DNA of 61,884 nucleotides, counting the filler, from Planctomycetota bacterium (GTDB lineage: Bacteria > Planctomycetota > Planctomycetia > JALXBF01), in the NCBI GenBank assembly GCA_026991575.1. It is 5 parts of 5 records of this genome, joined end to end, with 100 filler letters (N's around TTAATTAATTAA, not from the genome) between each part and the next. Parts side by side here need not be neighbours in the genome. Positions count along the whole stretch, not along the records: positions 40,205 to 56,992 come from JALXBF010000113.1; positions 57,093 to 61,884 come from JALXBF010000121.1; 3 more parts are not named here. One strand, 5' to 3'. The position numbers were made by a program, and so were the translations under genes. The notes beneath the pieces were generated by a model. The model saw only the letters and a program-made list of their open reading frames with translations, was not told the origin of the DNA and searched no databases. Shown piece by piece: positions 47,963 through 57,459 of this stretch. The number at the start of each line of letters is the position of its first letter. Position 1 is the stretch's first letter.

Positions 47963-50191
47963 CTAGCTGTCGCCGGCAGGCTGGCGGGGACGCTGACGCG
48001 CAGGCTCGCTGCGTTGTCTCTGTGCTCGCCACAGCGCCGCTATCCGCTCACAGTCCTTCAACAAAGCGGCGATGGCCTTGGTGCGTACCCATGCCAGCCG
48101 AGGCCAAAGATCGCCGGCGTACTCCATGAGCTTCAGCAGGTCGTCGCTGTCCAGTCGATCCGGATCCTGCGGCACGGGATACGGGCCGATCGGGTCAGCT
48201 GCCAGCGCCGACAGCCTCGTGCCAGCAGAAATGTTTGCCATCTCCGGTACAGCTGTCTGGTGCAGGCTCATACACAGCTTCTCCAGCCCACGCTGAAGCT
48301 CCTGGTACGACGGTACCAGCTTCTGGAGCAGCTTCTCGGGCTTCTTGTGGGGCGCGGCTCTGACCGTTTCGGCCGCATCTGCCAGCAGCTCAAGATAGCG
48401 GACCTCCAGCTCCTCTGCCTCGGCCACCAGTCGGTCGATAAGCTGCTGGAATCGCAAGCGTGCCAGGAGCTTTTCCAGCCAGTGGGCTTGCTGGTCGAGT
48501 TGACGGGCAAGGCAGACATGGACGTGCAAGAACGTAGTGTCCTTGCGGTGCAAGACCGTCTCCGCGGCGCGCATCCGCGCAGCGCACTCCTCCAGCTGCT
48601 GCTTAGCCTCCTTGAGCGGGATCGACTCGGTGCCAATCTCCACTTGCTTCGACCCGGCCAGACGGGCATGAGCCAGTGCTTGCCGGAGCATCCGGTAGCG
48701 CTCGTGAGCGGTGTGGTAGCGCTTCGCAGCCGATATTGCGTCCTCGTCGGGCCAGCTGTCGAGGAAGGCGCCGATAGCCTCCTCTGACAGGTCGGCCACC
48801 CTGGGCAGCTCGTCGAGCGCAACGGGGAAATGGATTCGGTCATCGTAGACTCCCTCGTAACGCTCCAGCGTTTCCAGTGCTACCAGCTCCGCCTCGAGAA
48901 GCCGTTGGACTTCGCGGGCGGGCTTGACCTGCTGCGGCGGTCGCTTCAACAACTCCCGGTAGAAGGCCATGGTCACCTGGGTCCGGACCGTTTCGGCCCG
49001 ATCGAACAGCAGCCAGGCCGATCGCCGGTCGATCGGACACCGCACATAGAACCGCTTCGCGTTCAGCTCGCGTTGATAGTGGGACGGGTGGGTGCTGTAC
49101 GGGTCAGTGTCTGTCTTCTCATCCGGCTCAAACACTTGCACCGTGCGCGTGGGGTCGTCGGGCAGCTCGGGCGGTAGCCCCAACCTGGGGTTCCCACTGC
49201 GCAGCCGCAGCCGGTCGGCCATCTTCGTCTGGTGGTAAAACAGGTCGTCGGTGAACACACCCTGCTCGGCTGCTCGGCCCAGCAGCGCGACGGCTTGCTC
49301 CAGACAGCTCTCTGCGAACTCGAGCTTGTACAGCCCGAAGATGATCGCGTCCGACCCGGCCGCCACCACAGCGGCGTCGTCGGCGTTGAATTCCATCTGC
49401 CGCATCAGCGACCGATGTGCCCGCAGGATCACGCGGTAGACCAGTGCCAGCAGCCCTCGGCTTAACCTCAGCGCCAGCATGAGAATGAGCGCCGGGAACG
49501 ACAAGCGGAGATCGGCCGAGCCCCACGCCTCCAGCAGTTCATCCAGCTTGTCGCGGCCATACAGCAGGTCGTAGATGACGCGGTGAGCCACGTACACGTA
49601 GCTGTCCAGCCCGGTGCTCTTCTGCGAGAAGTGGCCGAACTCGTGGGCAAGCACTGCCTTGAACTCGGACAGATTCAGCACGTTCACGAGCCCGAGGCCA
49701 ATCAGCAGCTTCTTTTTCGGCGGCACGATGAGGTTGATTAAGCTGGTGTCGTAGACCAGAGCAGCGTTGACGTCGGGACTGAGGATGATCTGCTGCGGGC
49801 GGGGAGCACCGAGTTCGTCGCAGAGTCTGTGGACGAAGGCGTGCAAGCTGGGTGCCTGCTCTGGTCGCAGTTCTACCCAGCCTTCCTCCTGCACGCGGTG
49901 GCGTTTGACCAGACCACGGATCAGGAAGGCCACGAACAACCCGGTGGCGAGCAAGCCGCCGTATTTTGCGATCAGGTACAGCAGCACCCCTCGTCCCTCG
50001 ACCTCCATGTCCCAGTTCCAAAGCCAGACAGCCACGATCCAGGCGAGGTAGAAGAGCGCCGCGTAGACGGCCAGGAAGAAGATGAGGCTGACAATGGTGA
50101 GCAGGACACGCAGTCGATACCCCGGCGTTACCGTCGTCAATTGCGGGGGCACATTCGTCGGCGATGGCGGATAGAGCGTTTCGGGTGTCAT
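47963..50191 (-). CDS. M48-family membrane zinc metallopeptidase with helical C-terminal extension
   Basis: N-terminal TMs, VNAA, AVLAHEFGH, RQMEFNAD, STHPS. Confidence 0.88.
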   Translation of the reverse strand: MTPETLYPPSPTNVPPQLTTVTPGYRLRVLLTIVSLIFFLAVYAALFYLAWIVAVWLWNWDMEVEGRGVLLYLIAKYGGLLATGLFVAFLIRGLVKRHRVQEEGWVELRPEQAPSLHAFVHRLCDELGAPRPQQIILSPDVNAALVYDTSLINLIVPPKKKLLIGLGLVNVLNLSEFKAVLAHEFGHFSQKSTGLDSYVYVAHRVIYDLLYGRDKLDELLEAWGSADLRLSFPALILMLALRLSRGLLALVYRVILRAHRSLMRQMEFNADDAAVVAAGSDAIIFGLYKLEFAESCLEQAVALLGRAAEQGVFTDDLFYHQTKMADRLRLRSGNPRLGLPPELPDDPTRTVQVFEPDEKTDTDPYSTHPSHYQRELNAKRFYVRCPIDRRSAWLLFDRAETVRTQVTMAFYRELLKRPPQQVKPAREVQRLLEAELVALETLERYEGVYDDRIHFPVALDELPRVADLSEEAIGAFLDSWPDEDAISAAKRYHTAHERYRMLRQALAHARLAGSKQVEIGTESIPLKEAKQQLEECAARMRAAETVLHRKDTTFLHVHVCLARQLDQQAHWLEKLLARLRFQQLIDRLVAEAEELEVRYLELLADAAETVRAAPHKKPEKLLQKLVPSYQELQRGLEKLCMSLHQTAVPEMANISAGTRLSALAADPIGPYPVPQDPDRLDSDDLLKLMEYAGDLWPRLAWVRTKAIAALLKDCERIAALWRAQRQRSEPARQRPRQPAGDS

Positions 50192-50365
50192 GGTAACGTG
50201 CCACCCTCCGGCGCGCCACAGTGAGAGTATAGCGAAGGAGGAAACGCGCCCGCGGCTCGCCGAAAGCACTCCGACCAGGCCGATCCAGCTTGTCGCTGGG
50301 CCAGCTTTCGGCTATCCATACTTGCCAAGCACCGTGGCACGGTCGGCTTCACGGACGACGCACCG

Positions 50366-51901
50366 ATGTACAAGCTGCTACTCGTGTACAAGTACCTGCT
50401 CAGCCGGCGGATCGCCCTGGCATCCGTGCTCAGCGTCACGCTGGGCGTGGCCACGCTCGTCGTGGTCAACGCGGTCATGACCGGCTTCGCCACCGAGATG
50501 CGCGAGCGGATCCGGGGGATCCTGTCGGACATTGTGGTCGAAGGTGGGGGCATCGACGGGTTCCCGGACGTCGCTGGGCACATGGCTCGGATCGAACGGG
50601 CTGTCGGTGACAAGATCGCTGCGATGACCCCGGTGGTCGAAACCTTCGGCCTGCTCAGCATCGACTACATGAACCAAACGCAGACGATCTGGGTGAAGAT
50701 CATCGGCGTCGATCCGGTTGGCAAGACCAGGGTGGGCGAGTTCGCCGAGCACCTGCTCTATCACCGGGGACCCCAGCCGCCGTCGTTCGACGTGCCGGCT
50801 CCGCTACGTGAGATCGAGCGGGTGTTTCTGCAGCGCGAGGGGCTGGTGCCTGACGACTGGGACTCCCCCTCCGCACGGTTGTTGCCGCCACAGCCTGTCA
50901 CCTCGCCCAGTGCTGTACGCGGCGGTGTAGCGCCGGCCGAGCATCAGCAGCAGACGGACGGCTACCTGGACCCGAATCCCTTCGATGATGGTCCCGAGAC
51001 CGAGCCGGCCGGCGCGGCAGCGACCGACGCACCGCTCGACTTCGACCACGCTCCGGCCGACGCCTCCATGGGCATCGTCGTGCCTTACCTGGCCGTGGCC
51101 TATCGCGATCCGGTAACCAAGCAGGACCGCATCCTGCTGCCACGCGGATGTCCTGTGCGGCTGGTCGTGCCGGGCAGCGGCAAACGGCCCCGACCCCGCT
51201 TTGCCCGGTTCGTGATCGTGGACTACTTCAAGAGCGGAATGAGCGAGTATGACCAGACGAACTGCTACGTGCACATCGACGACCTGCGACGGCTCCGCGG
51301 TATGGGCGACCGAGCCACCTCGATCCAGATCAAGCTGAAAGACTATGCCGACGCGCCATACGTGGTGCGCACGTTGCGGCAGATTTTCCCCCCTGGGCTT
51401 TACCGGATTGCGACCTGGGAGGAGTTGCAGGGGCCGCTGCTGGCGGCCGTCGACACGGAGCGGCGGATCCTGACGCTGCTGCTATTCTTGATCATCGCCG
51501 TGGCCGGCTTCGGTATCCTGGCGATCTTTTCGCTGATTGTTGTCGAGAAGACCCGCGACATCGGGATCCTGAAGGCGCTGGGGGCGTCGGACGCAGGGAT
51601 TCAGGGCATCTTCCTGGGCTATGGCCTGGCGCTGGGAGCCGTGGGCTCGGCGGTCGGGACATTTCTTGGCTTGCAGATCGTCTGGAACATCGATCGGATC
51701 GAGCACTGGATGAGCGTCTGGACGGGCCGGGAAATCTTCGACCGGAATCTGTACTATTTCGACCGGATTCCCACGGTGGTTGAGCCGCAGACGGTGGCGC
51801 TGGTCGCGTTCGGAGCGACGATGATCGCGCTGCTGGCCAGCGTTTGGCCCGCGCGGCGCGCGGCTCGGCTTCGTACGGTAGAGGCCTTGCGACATGAGTG
51901 A
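50366..51901 (+). CDS. LolC/E-family ABC transporter permease
   Basis: LGVATLVVVNAVMTGF; VEKTRDIGILKALGAS; PARRAARL. Confidence 0.9.
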   Translation: MYKLLLVYKYLLSRRIALASVLSVTLGVATLVVVNAVMTGFATEMRERIRGILSDIVVEGGGIDGFPDVAGHMARIERAVGDKIAAMTPVVETFGLLSIDYMNQTQTIWVKIIGVDPVGKTRVGEFAEHLLYHRGPQPPSFDVPAPLREIERVFLQREGLVPDDWDSPSARLLPPQPVTSPSAVRGGVAPAEHQQQTDGYLDPNPFDDGPETEPAGAAATDAPLDFDHAPADASMGIVVPYLAVAYRDPVTKQDRILLPRGCPVRLVVPGSGKRPRPRFARFVIVDYFKSGMSEYDQTNCYVHIDDLRRLRGMGDRATSIQIKLKDYADAPYVVRTLRQIFPPGLYRIATWEELQGPLLAAVDTERRILTLLLFLIIAVAGFGILAIFSLIVVEKTRDIGILKALGASDAGIQGIFLGYGLALGAVGSAVGTFLGLQIVWNIDRIEHWMSVWTGREIFDRNLYYFDRIPTVVEPQTVALVAFGATMIALLASVWPARRAARLRTVEALRHE

Positions 51902-52766
51902 AGCGGCACTGCGATGGCAAGCGGTTCCGTCGGCCCCGGCGACGGCAGCCGAACCGCTGCTGCGCGCCATCGGGCTGGTCAAGTCCTATCGCCAGGGAGC
52001 CTGGCCGACGCGCCGGCGCAGCCTGCTGCGGCGAGGCCTCGATCTGCTTGGCCGGCTCCGCGACGGAGCCGACGGTATCGAGGTACCCGTACTGCTTGGT
52101 GTCGACCTGGAGGTTCAGCCGGGAGAGTTCCTCTGCATCGTCGGCCAGTCCGGCTCCGGCAAAAGCACCCTCCTGCACCTGCTCGGCACCCTGGACCAGC
52201 CGGACACCGGTGAGATCTGGTTCGAGGGGAGGCGGATTGACCGGATGCCGCCCCGAGCACGCGATCGGCTGCGGAACGAAGCCTTCGGCTTCGTCTTCCA
52301 GCTCTACCACCTCCTGCCCGAACTCACTGTGCTCGAAAACGTCGTCCTGCCGCTGTACGTACGCTACGGGCTGCTGCAGTACTGGCGCTACCGACGCGTC
52401 TGGTATCAGCATGCCAGGGTGCTGCTGGAGCGGGTGGGACTGGAGCACCGCCTGCACCACAAGCCACGGCAGCTTTCCGGGGGCGAGATGCAGCGTGCTG
52501 CGATTGCGCGCGCGTTGATTGCCGATCCAACACTGCTGTTTGCCGACGAACCTACCGGGAACCTCGACCCAGCCACCGGCCTTGAGATCCTCGAGCTGCT
52601 GCTGGCGCTGAACCGCGAGCAGGGGCTGACCGTGATCATGGTCACGCACGATCGCGAACTGGCGGCACTGGCCGATCGCCGCCTCAGGCTCCACGCCGGA
52701 CGATTGGTGCCGGAGCCGGATGGCCCCCAGCTGGGCGTCGCGTCGCCAGCGCAGCCGACCGGCTAG
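51894..52766 (+). CDS. lolD: LolD-like ABC transporter ATP-binding protein
   Basis: GQSGSGKST, GFVFQLYHLLPE, LSGGEMQR, FADEPTGNLD, VTHD. Confidence 0.85.
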   Translation: MSEAALRWQAVPSAPATAAEPLLRAIGLVKSYRQGAWPTRRRSLLRRGLDLLGRLRDGADGIEVPVLLGVDLEVQPGEFLCIVGQSGSGKSTLLHLLGTLDQPDTGEIWFEGRRIDRMPPRARDRLRNEAFGFVFQLYHLLPELTVLENVVLPLYVRYGLLQYWRYRRVWYQHARVLLERVGLEHRLHHKPRQLSGGEMQRAAIARALIADPTLLFADEPTGNLDPATGLEILELLLALNREQGLTVIMVTHDRELAALADRRLRLHAGRLVPEPDGPQLGVASPAQPTG

Positions 52767-54328
52767 CTACCGCCATGCCGCTCGGCCCGCTGCTCCGACC
52801 TCTCCTCCGCGACCTGGCCGACGGTCGAGACGTCGTATTGCAGCCGGCGCGGCCGCAAGAGCGGAAACAGGATCACGTCACGGATGCTCGGTTGGTTGAG
52901 CAGCACCATCACCAGACGATCGATACCGATACCGAGGCCACCGGCCGGCGGCATGCCGGTTTTCAAGGCGAGCACGAAGTCCTCATCCATGCGCGCCATC
53001 GATTCCTCCTCGGGCAGGCCTTCCAGCTGCTTGCGGAACAGCTCCTCCTGCAGCAGCGGGTCGTTCAGCTCACTGTACGCATTGGCAATCTCCATCCCGG
53101 CCAAGAACAGCTCGAACCGTTCAGCCCACCGAGGGTTGGTCCGTTTCCGCCGCGTCAGCGGACAGAGCGACGCCGGATAGTCGACGACGAAAACCGGACC
53201 GGTCAGCTTCGGCTCCACCAACTCCTCGAACAGTTCGTTGACGATCACATCCGGATGCTTGCCCTCCGGATCGAAATCGATTTCCCGAGCCTTTCGTTTC
53301 AGCGCCGCCACATCATCCACATTCACCCCCACGTGTTCCCGGAACAGATCCGCATACGGGCGCCGCGGCCATGGCCGGGTCATGTCAAGCTGCAGATCAC
53401 CGAAGCGCAAGAGCCAGCCGCCGCGCGCGGACCGCTCCAGCGGCAGACCATCTTCAGCAAGCATGTCGAGCAACGCGCAGATCAGACTCTCCGTCAGCTC
53501 CATCATGTCCGTGTAGTCGGCATACGCCTGGTACACCTCCAGCATCGTGAACTCCGGGTTGTGTTTCGTGCTGATTCCTTCGTTGCGAAACACGCGACCC
53601 AGTTCGTAGACGCGTTCGATGCCTCCGACCAGCAGCCGCTTCAGGTGTAGCTCCAGAGCAATCCTCAGGTACAGGTCGATATCCAGCGCGTTGTGGTGCG
53701 TGATGAACGGTCGGGCGGCTGCGCCGCCGGCAATCGTGTGCAGCGTCGGTGTCTCCACCTCCACAAACCCGCGCTCCGCCAGGAACTCGCGGATCTTCGT
53801 CACGATCCGCGTGCGTCGCAGGGCGGTCCGCAGCGACTCGGGGTTGTAGATCAAGTCCAGGTAACGCTGCCGATAGCGGAGCTCCACGTCCCTGAGGCCG
53901 TGCCACTTGGCCGGCGGTGTCCGCAGGGACTTGGTCAGGAAATGCAGTGCGGTGGCGAAGACCGTAAGCTCACCGGTCTTCGTCTTGCCAAGCCGGCCGT
54001 CGCAGCCGAGAAAATCGCCCAGGTCGACCAGCTTCGCGATCGCCCAGCCTTGCTCCCCCACCTGCTTCTTGCCCACAAACAGCTGGATCCGGCCCGTCCA
54101 GTCCTGGATGTCGAAGAACGTCACACGGCCCATATCGCGCCGGGCCATCACCCGGCCCGCGACACGCACCGCCGGACCCTCCTCCCCATACTCGTCTTTC
54201 CACAACGCCCGGACCTGGCCGATGTACTGCCGGTCCGGGAACCGCTGGCCGAATGGATCGATTCCCAACTCGGCCAGCTTTGCCATCTTTGCCCGTCGAT
54301 CCTGTTCGTACTTGTCCACCGGTTGCAT
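52763..54328 (-). CDS. lysS: Lysine--tRNA ligase (class II)
   Basis: RYRQRYLDL, GGAAARPFITHHN, FRNEGIS..HNPEF, GMPPAGGLGIGIDRL. Confidence 0.97.
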   Translation of the reverse strand: MQPVDKYEQDRRAKMAKLAELGIDPFGQRFPDRQYIGQVRALWKDEYGEEGPAVRVAGRVMARRDMGRVTFFDIQDWTGRIQLFVGKKQVGEQGWAIAKLVDLGDFLGCDGRLGKTKTGELTVFATALHFLTKSLRTPPAKWHGLRDVELRYRQRYLDLIYNPESLRTALRRTRIVTKIREFLAERGFVEVETPTLHTIAGGAAARPFITHHNALDIDLYLRIALELHLKRLLVGGIERVYELGRVFRNEGISTKHNPEFTMLEVYQAYADYTDMMELTESLICALLDMLAEDGLPLERSARGGWLLRFGDLQLDMTRPWPRRPYADLFREHVGVNVDDVAALKRKAREIDFDPEGKHPDVIVNELFEELVEPKLTGPVFVVDYPASLCPLTRRKRTNPRWAERFELFLAGMEIANAYSELNDPLLQEELFRKQLEGLPEEESMARMDEDFVLALKTGMPPAGGLGIGIDRLVMVLLNQPSIRDVILFPLLRPRRLQYDVSTVGQVAEERSEQRAERHGGS

Positions 54329-54534
54329 TTGTCATTCCACCTCTAGACTGGAGGGCAGCGTTGACAGGGGGCAATTGACTAAATGGTACGCAGCGTCTGC
54401 GCACGGCTTATCGGCTGGTACAACCGCCTCAGACCCGCTATCCGGTGACTCGGTGCCGCTTCGACGCTGTCCGTCGCCGGCGTACCATTGGCTGGAGAAC
54501 GAACCGCCAGCTTGTCGTACCATCAACGTGTCCC

Positions 54535-56055
54535 ATGACCACGATCAACACACCGGCGGCGAAAAGCTATCGATACACGTCGGCTTGGGGAGCGGCGGCC
54601 GTTCTGATGGTCTTGTTTGCTGTGGTCGGGGCCGTGCGTTCCGGTGCGGCGACCGGCCAGCGGGGGCCTGCCTCCGAGGCGCTCTGGCAACGCTACCGCC
54701 AAATCGTGACCGATTTTGCCGCTGTGGGCCGCGCGCTTGCCGAACAGGCGGCTGATCGGGAGCGGCGTGTAGCGATGGAGCGGGTGGTCGAGCTGGTGCA
54801 GGGGCCCCCACGGCTGTTTCCACGCCGAGCGGTCGAGCCGGAGCCGTGCCCGGCGCTGGAGGGCGACTCGGCCTGGCACCGGTTGCGCCGTCAGACGGCC
54901 GAGCGACTGTACCGGGTGGCTGCTGAAGCGTACCGCGTCGGCGATCTGCACTTGTGTTACGAAGCTCTCTGCCAGGTCCTGGTGGTCGACCCGGACCATG
55001 AGCCAACACGACGGTTGCTCGGCTACCGGTGTCGCAACGGGAAGTGGCACACGGGATTCACCCAGTACAAAGCAAGGCTGGGCTTGAGGTGGCACCCGCG
55101 TTGGGGCTGGGTCACCGAGCCCATGGTGGCTCGGCTTGAGCAAGGTTTCAGACTGGTGCGCGGGCGGTGGGTGGACCGTGCCAGGGCACAGGTGCTGTTG
55201 AGCAGCCGGGCGAACGCTTACACGGTCGAAACGGAGCACTACCGGATCCAGTCGACGGCGCCTCTGGAAGAGACTGTCCGGCTAGCTGTGCACCTGGAGC
55301 AGGTTCACGCCGTTTTCTTCCGCCTGTTCGCCGATTACCTGCCGCCAGACGACCAGCTTCGCGCCGTCTTTGGCCGGTCCCTGTCGCGCGAGTTGCGGAG
55401 ACGGGCGGGCCGCGTCAAACGCCGGCCGCTGCTGGTGTCGTGCTATCGCAGCAGGGACCAGTTTCAGCGGGCCATTGCGCGGTTCCCGGTGCCGGGCAAG
55501 AACGTGGCGACCGGGCTGTACGTGCCGAGCCAGCGACGGATTTATTGTTATGCGGACGACAGCATCGAGGGGGGCTGGATCCCGGCCACGCTGCATGAGG
55601 CGACCCACCAGCTGTTTGTCGAGAGTCGTTCGCAGGTGTCGCTGGCGGGTACAAGGGGCAATTACTGGGTGATCGAAGGGCTGGCCTCGTACATGGAGTC
55701 GCTGGAGCTGTTGCCGGATCGAGTGCGGCTGGGGCGGTGGGAGACGTTGCGATTGAAGCTAGCGCGCGAGCGACTCGTGTTGCATCACCGCTACGTGAAG
55801 CTGGCGAAGCTGGTCGCATTGGACGAGGCGGCGTTTAGCCGCGGCGACACGGCGCTGTTGTATGGTCAGGCGGCCCTCGTGACCCATTTCTTCCTGCACG
55901 GCGCCGGAGGCAAGTATCGCAACGCGTTTGTGGAGTATGTGGCCCGCGTTTTTTCCGGCCAGGCGACCGAACAGACCCTGGCGGAGCTGACCGGCCGCAG
56001 CTACGAGGAGTTAGACCGCGAGATCGTTGTGCACGCGGCTCGCCGCCAGTGGTAG
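54535..56055 (+). CDS. DUF1570-like secreted zincin (HExxH) protein
   Basis: Signal peptide; ETEHYRI; TLHEATHQL; WVIEGLASYME; YGQAALVTHF. Confidence 0.8.
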   Translation: MTTINTPAAKSYRYTSAWGAAAVLMVLFAVVGAVRSGAATGQRGPASEALWQRYRQIVTDFAAVGRALAEQAADRERRVAMERVVELVQGPPRLFPRRAVEPEPCPALEGDSAWHRLRRQTAERLYRVAAEAYRVGDLHLCYEALCQVLVVDPDHEPTRRLLGYRCRNGKWHTGFTQYKARLGLRWHPRWGWVTEPMVARLEQGFRLVRGRWVDRARAQVLLSSRANAYTVETEHYRIQSTAPLEETVRLAVHLEQVHAVFFRLFADYLPPDDQLRAVFGRSLSRELRRRAGRVKRRPLLVSCYRSRDQFQRAIARFPVPGKNVATGLYVPSQRRIYCYADDSIEGGWIPATLHEATHQLFVESRSQVSLAGTRGNYWVIEGLASYMESLELLPDRVRLGRWETLRLKLARERLVLHHRYVKLAKLVALDEAAFSRGDTALLYGQAALVTHFFLHGAGGKYRNAFVEYVARVFSGQATEQTLAELTGRSYEELDREIVVHAARRQW

Positions 56056-56992
56056 CCGTGGACCGTGCGCCTGACGGAAGAGCACACCATCCACGCAGGA
56101 TCGGTACGGGCAGTTCGCTAGGGGGGGCCGGCCACCGGGGCGGTTCGTGGCAGTGGGCGGAATTCGGGCAGGGTGCCGGCTGCCACCAGTGTGGTGGCTG
56201 TGGCCGGTGAGCGTTGCTGCTGCGGGCGGCCACGGAGCTCCGCAGCATCGTCGCTTTGCTTGACCGCGACGCTCCCGGCTGTGGTCACTTCGGCACCAGG
56301 CTCGCGCGGTGGCAGCCGAGGCGCGACGTGGTCAGGCCAGCCGGGGACGCACAGGTACACCGCCTGTTTCTTACAGGTGGCCACCACCCGGGTACCGGGC
56401 CGGTATGGGCCGCTGCGCGTACCCCAAGTGCCCTCGCCATGCCGCCTTGGCCACCGGCCGCTGCCCGCAGCCGCCCAACCCGCCGCGGCTCAATCCGGCC
56501 GTCTGGCATTGGTCCGGCGTTTGGTAACAGGTTGCCAGCGCCGCTGGCCACGGCCAGCAAGAGTCGGACACATTCCCACGCACTCTTCAACCGACGCGTT
56601 CGCCCGCCAGGCCCATTAGCGGCCCAACGTCGTGCAGCTTTCCGACGGGTGCTCTTGTCTGGAACCAACGCGCTGTTGCGGCGTGGCGAATTGCCCAAAC
56701 GCCGCCGGGTTGGCCGCGTTTGCGAGCATGAACGTTGAGCGAGATATCCGGCTGCGGGCGGCGGCCACCCCGCTGGAGCCACCCGTACATCCCGGGGGCT
56801 TTGCCGTCTGCGTCGAACTACAGCGTCGGCCGGCGTAGCTGGACGCAGGCGCGTGGGCCGTTTGTCTGCACCGGTGTGTCCGCGACCAAGCTATTCACGG
56901 CGCTCGTGTCAGAAATGGCTCCGCCCGCGCGTTGTAGTAGCAGAGGATGCTGCCCCGCACACCGCAGACGGTCCTCAGAGCCGGAGGATTGG

Positions 56993-57092
56993 NNNNNNNN
57001 NNNNNNNNNNNNNNNNNNNNNNNNNNNNNNNNNNNNTTAATTAATTAANNNNNNNNNNNNNNNNNNNNNNNNNNNNNNNNNNNNNNNNNNNN
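56993..57092. other. Artificial contig linker
   Basis: N-run with TTAATTAATTAA. Confidence 0.99.
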
Positions 57093-57193
57093 GCGGACCG
57101 TGGTCCGCGGCGTCGGCGCGGTGGCATAGCGCTGCTGCCGCGACGACGGCGCAATCACTCTGTGCACAGCGCCCGGCCAAGGGAATCCCACCA

Positions 57194-57309
57194 GCCGGGC
57201 CGCGGGCGGGATCGACCCGCCCGCGGCCCGGCGGGAAAAGAACCCTTCGGAGATGCGCCCGCGCTATCCATCAACGTTGCGGGCGGGGGACATAAAGCCC
57301 CCCGCCCGC
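57194..57309. repeat. Two GC-rich inverted repeats (17-bp and 11-bp stems)
   Basis: GCCGGGCCGCGGGCGGG-ATCGA-CCCGCCCGCGGCCCGGC (57194-57232); GCGGGCGGGGG-N9-CCCCCGCCCGC (57279-57309). Confidence 0.8.
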
Positions 57310-57459
57310 CGATTGAAGCAGGCTGCCGGGTTGATTCGCCCATCCTCTCGGCAGAGGGGCTGCTCTCCACACCCCGTCGCGAGAGCGTAGTTACCTTCGG
57401 CTAAAGGGTCCAGACCAAACCCTCGCTAGGACTTGCGTCTCGCTGAACGGGCGCGCGGG

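Noticed and set aside
54408..54415. Sigma-28-like -10 elements (GCCGATAA upstream of lysS; GCCGATAG near 46935 and 17674)
   Set aside because: No matching -35 at the expected spacing; cannot be supported.
56056..56992. About 940 nt with no convincing gene
   Set aside because: No recognisable ORF, repeat or RNA motif found by eye; left unannotated.
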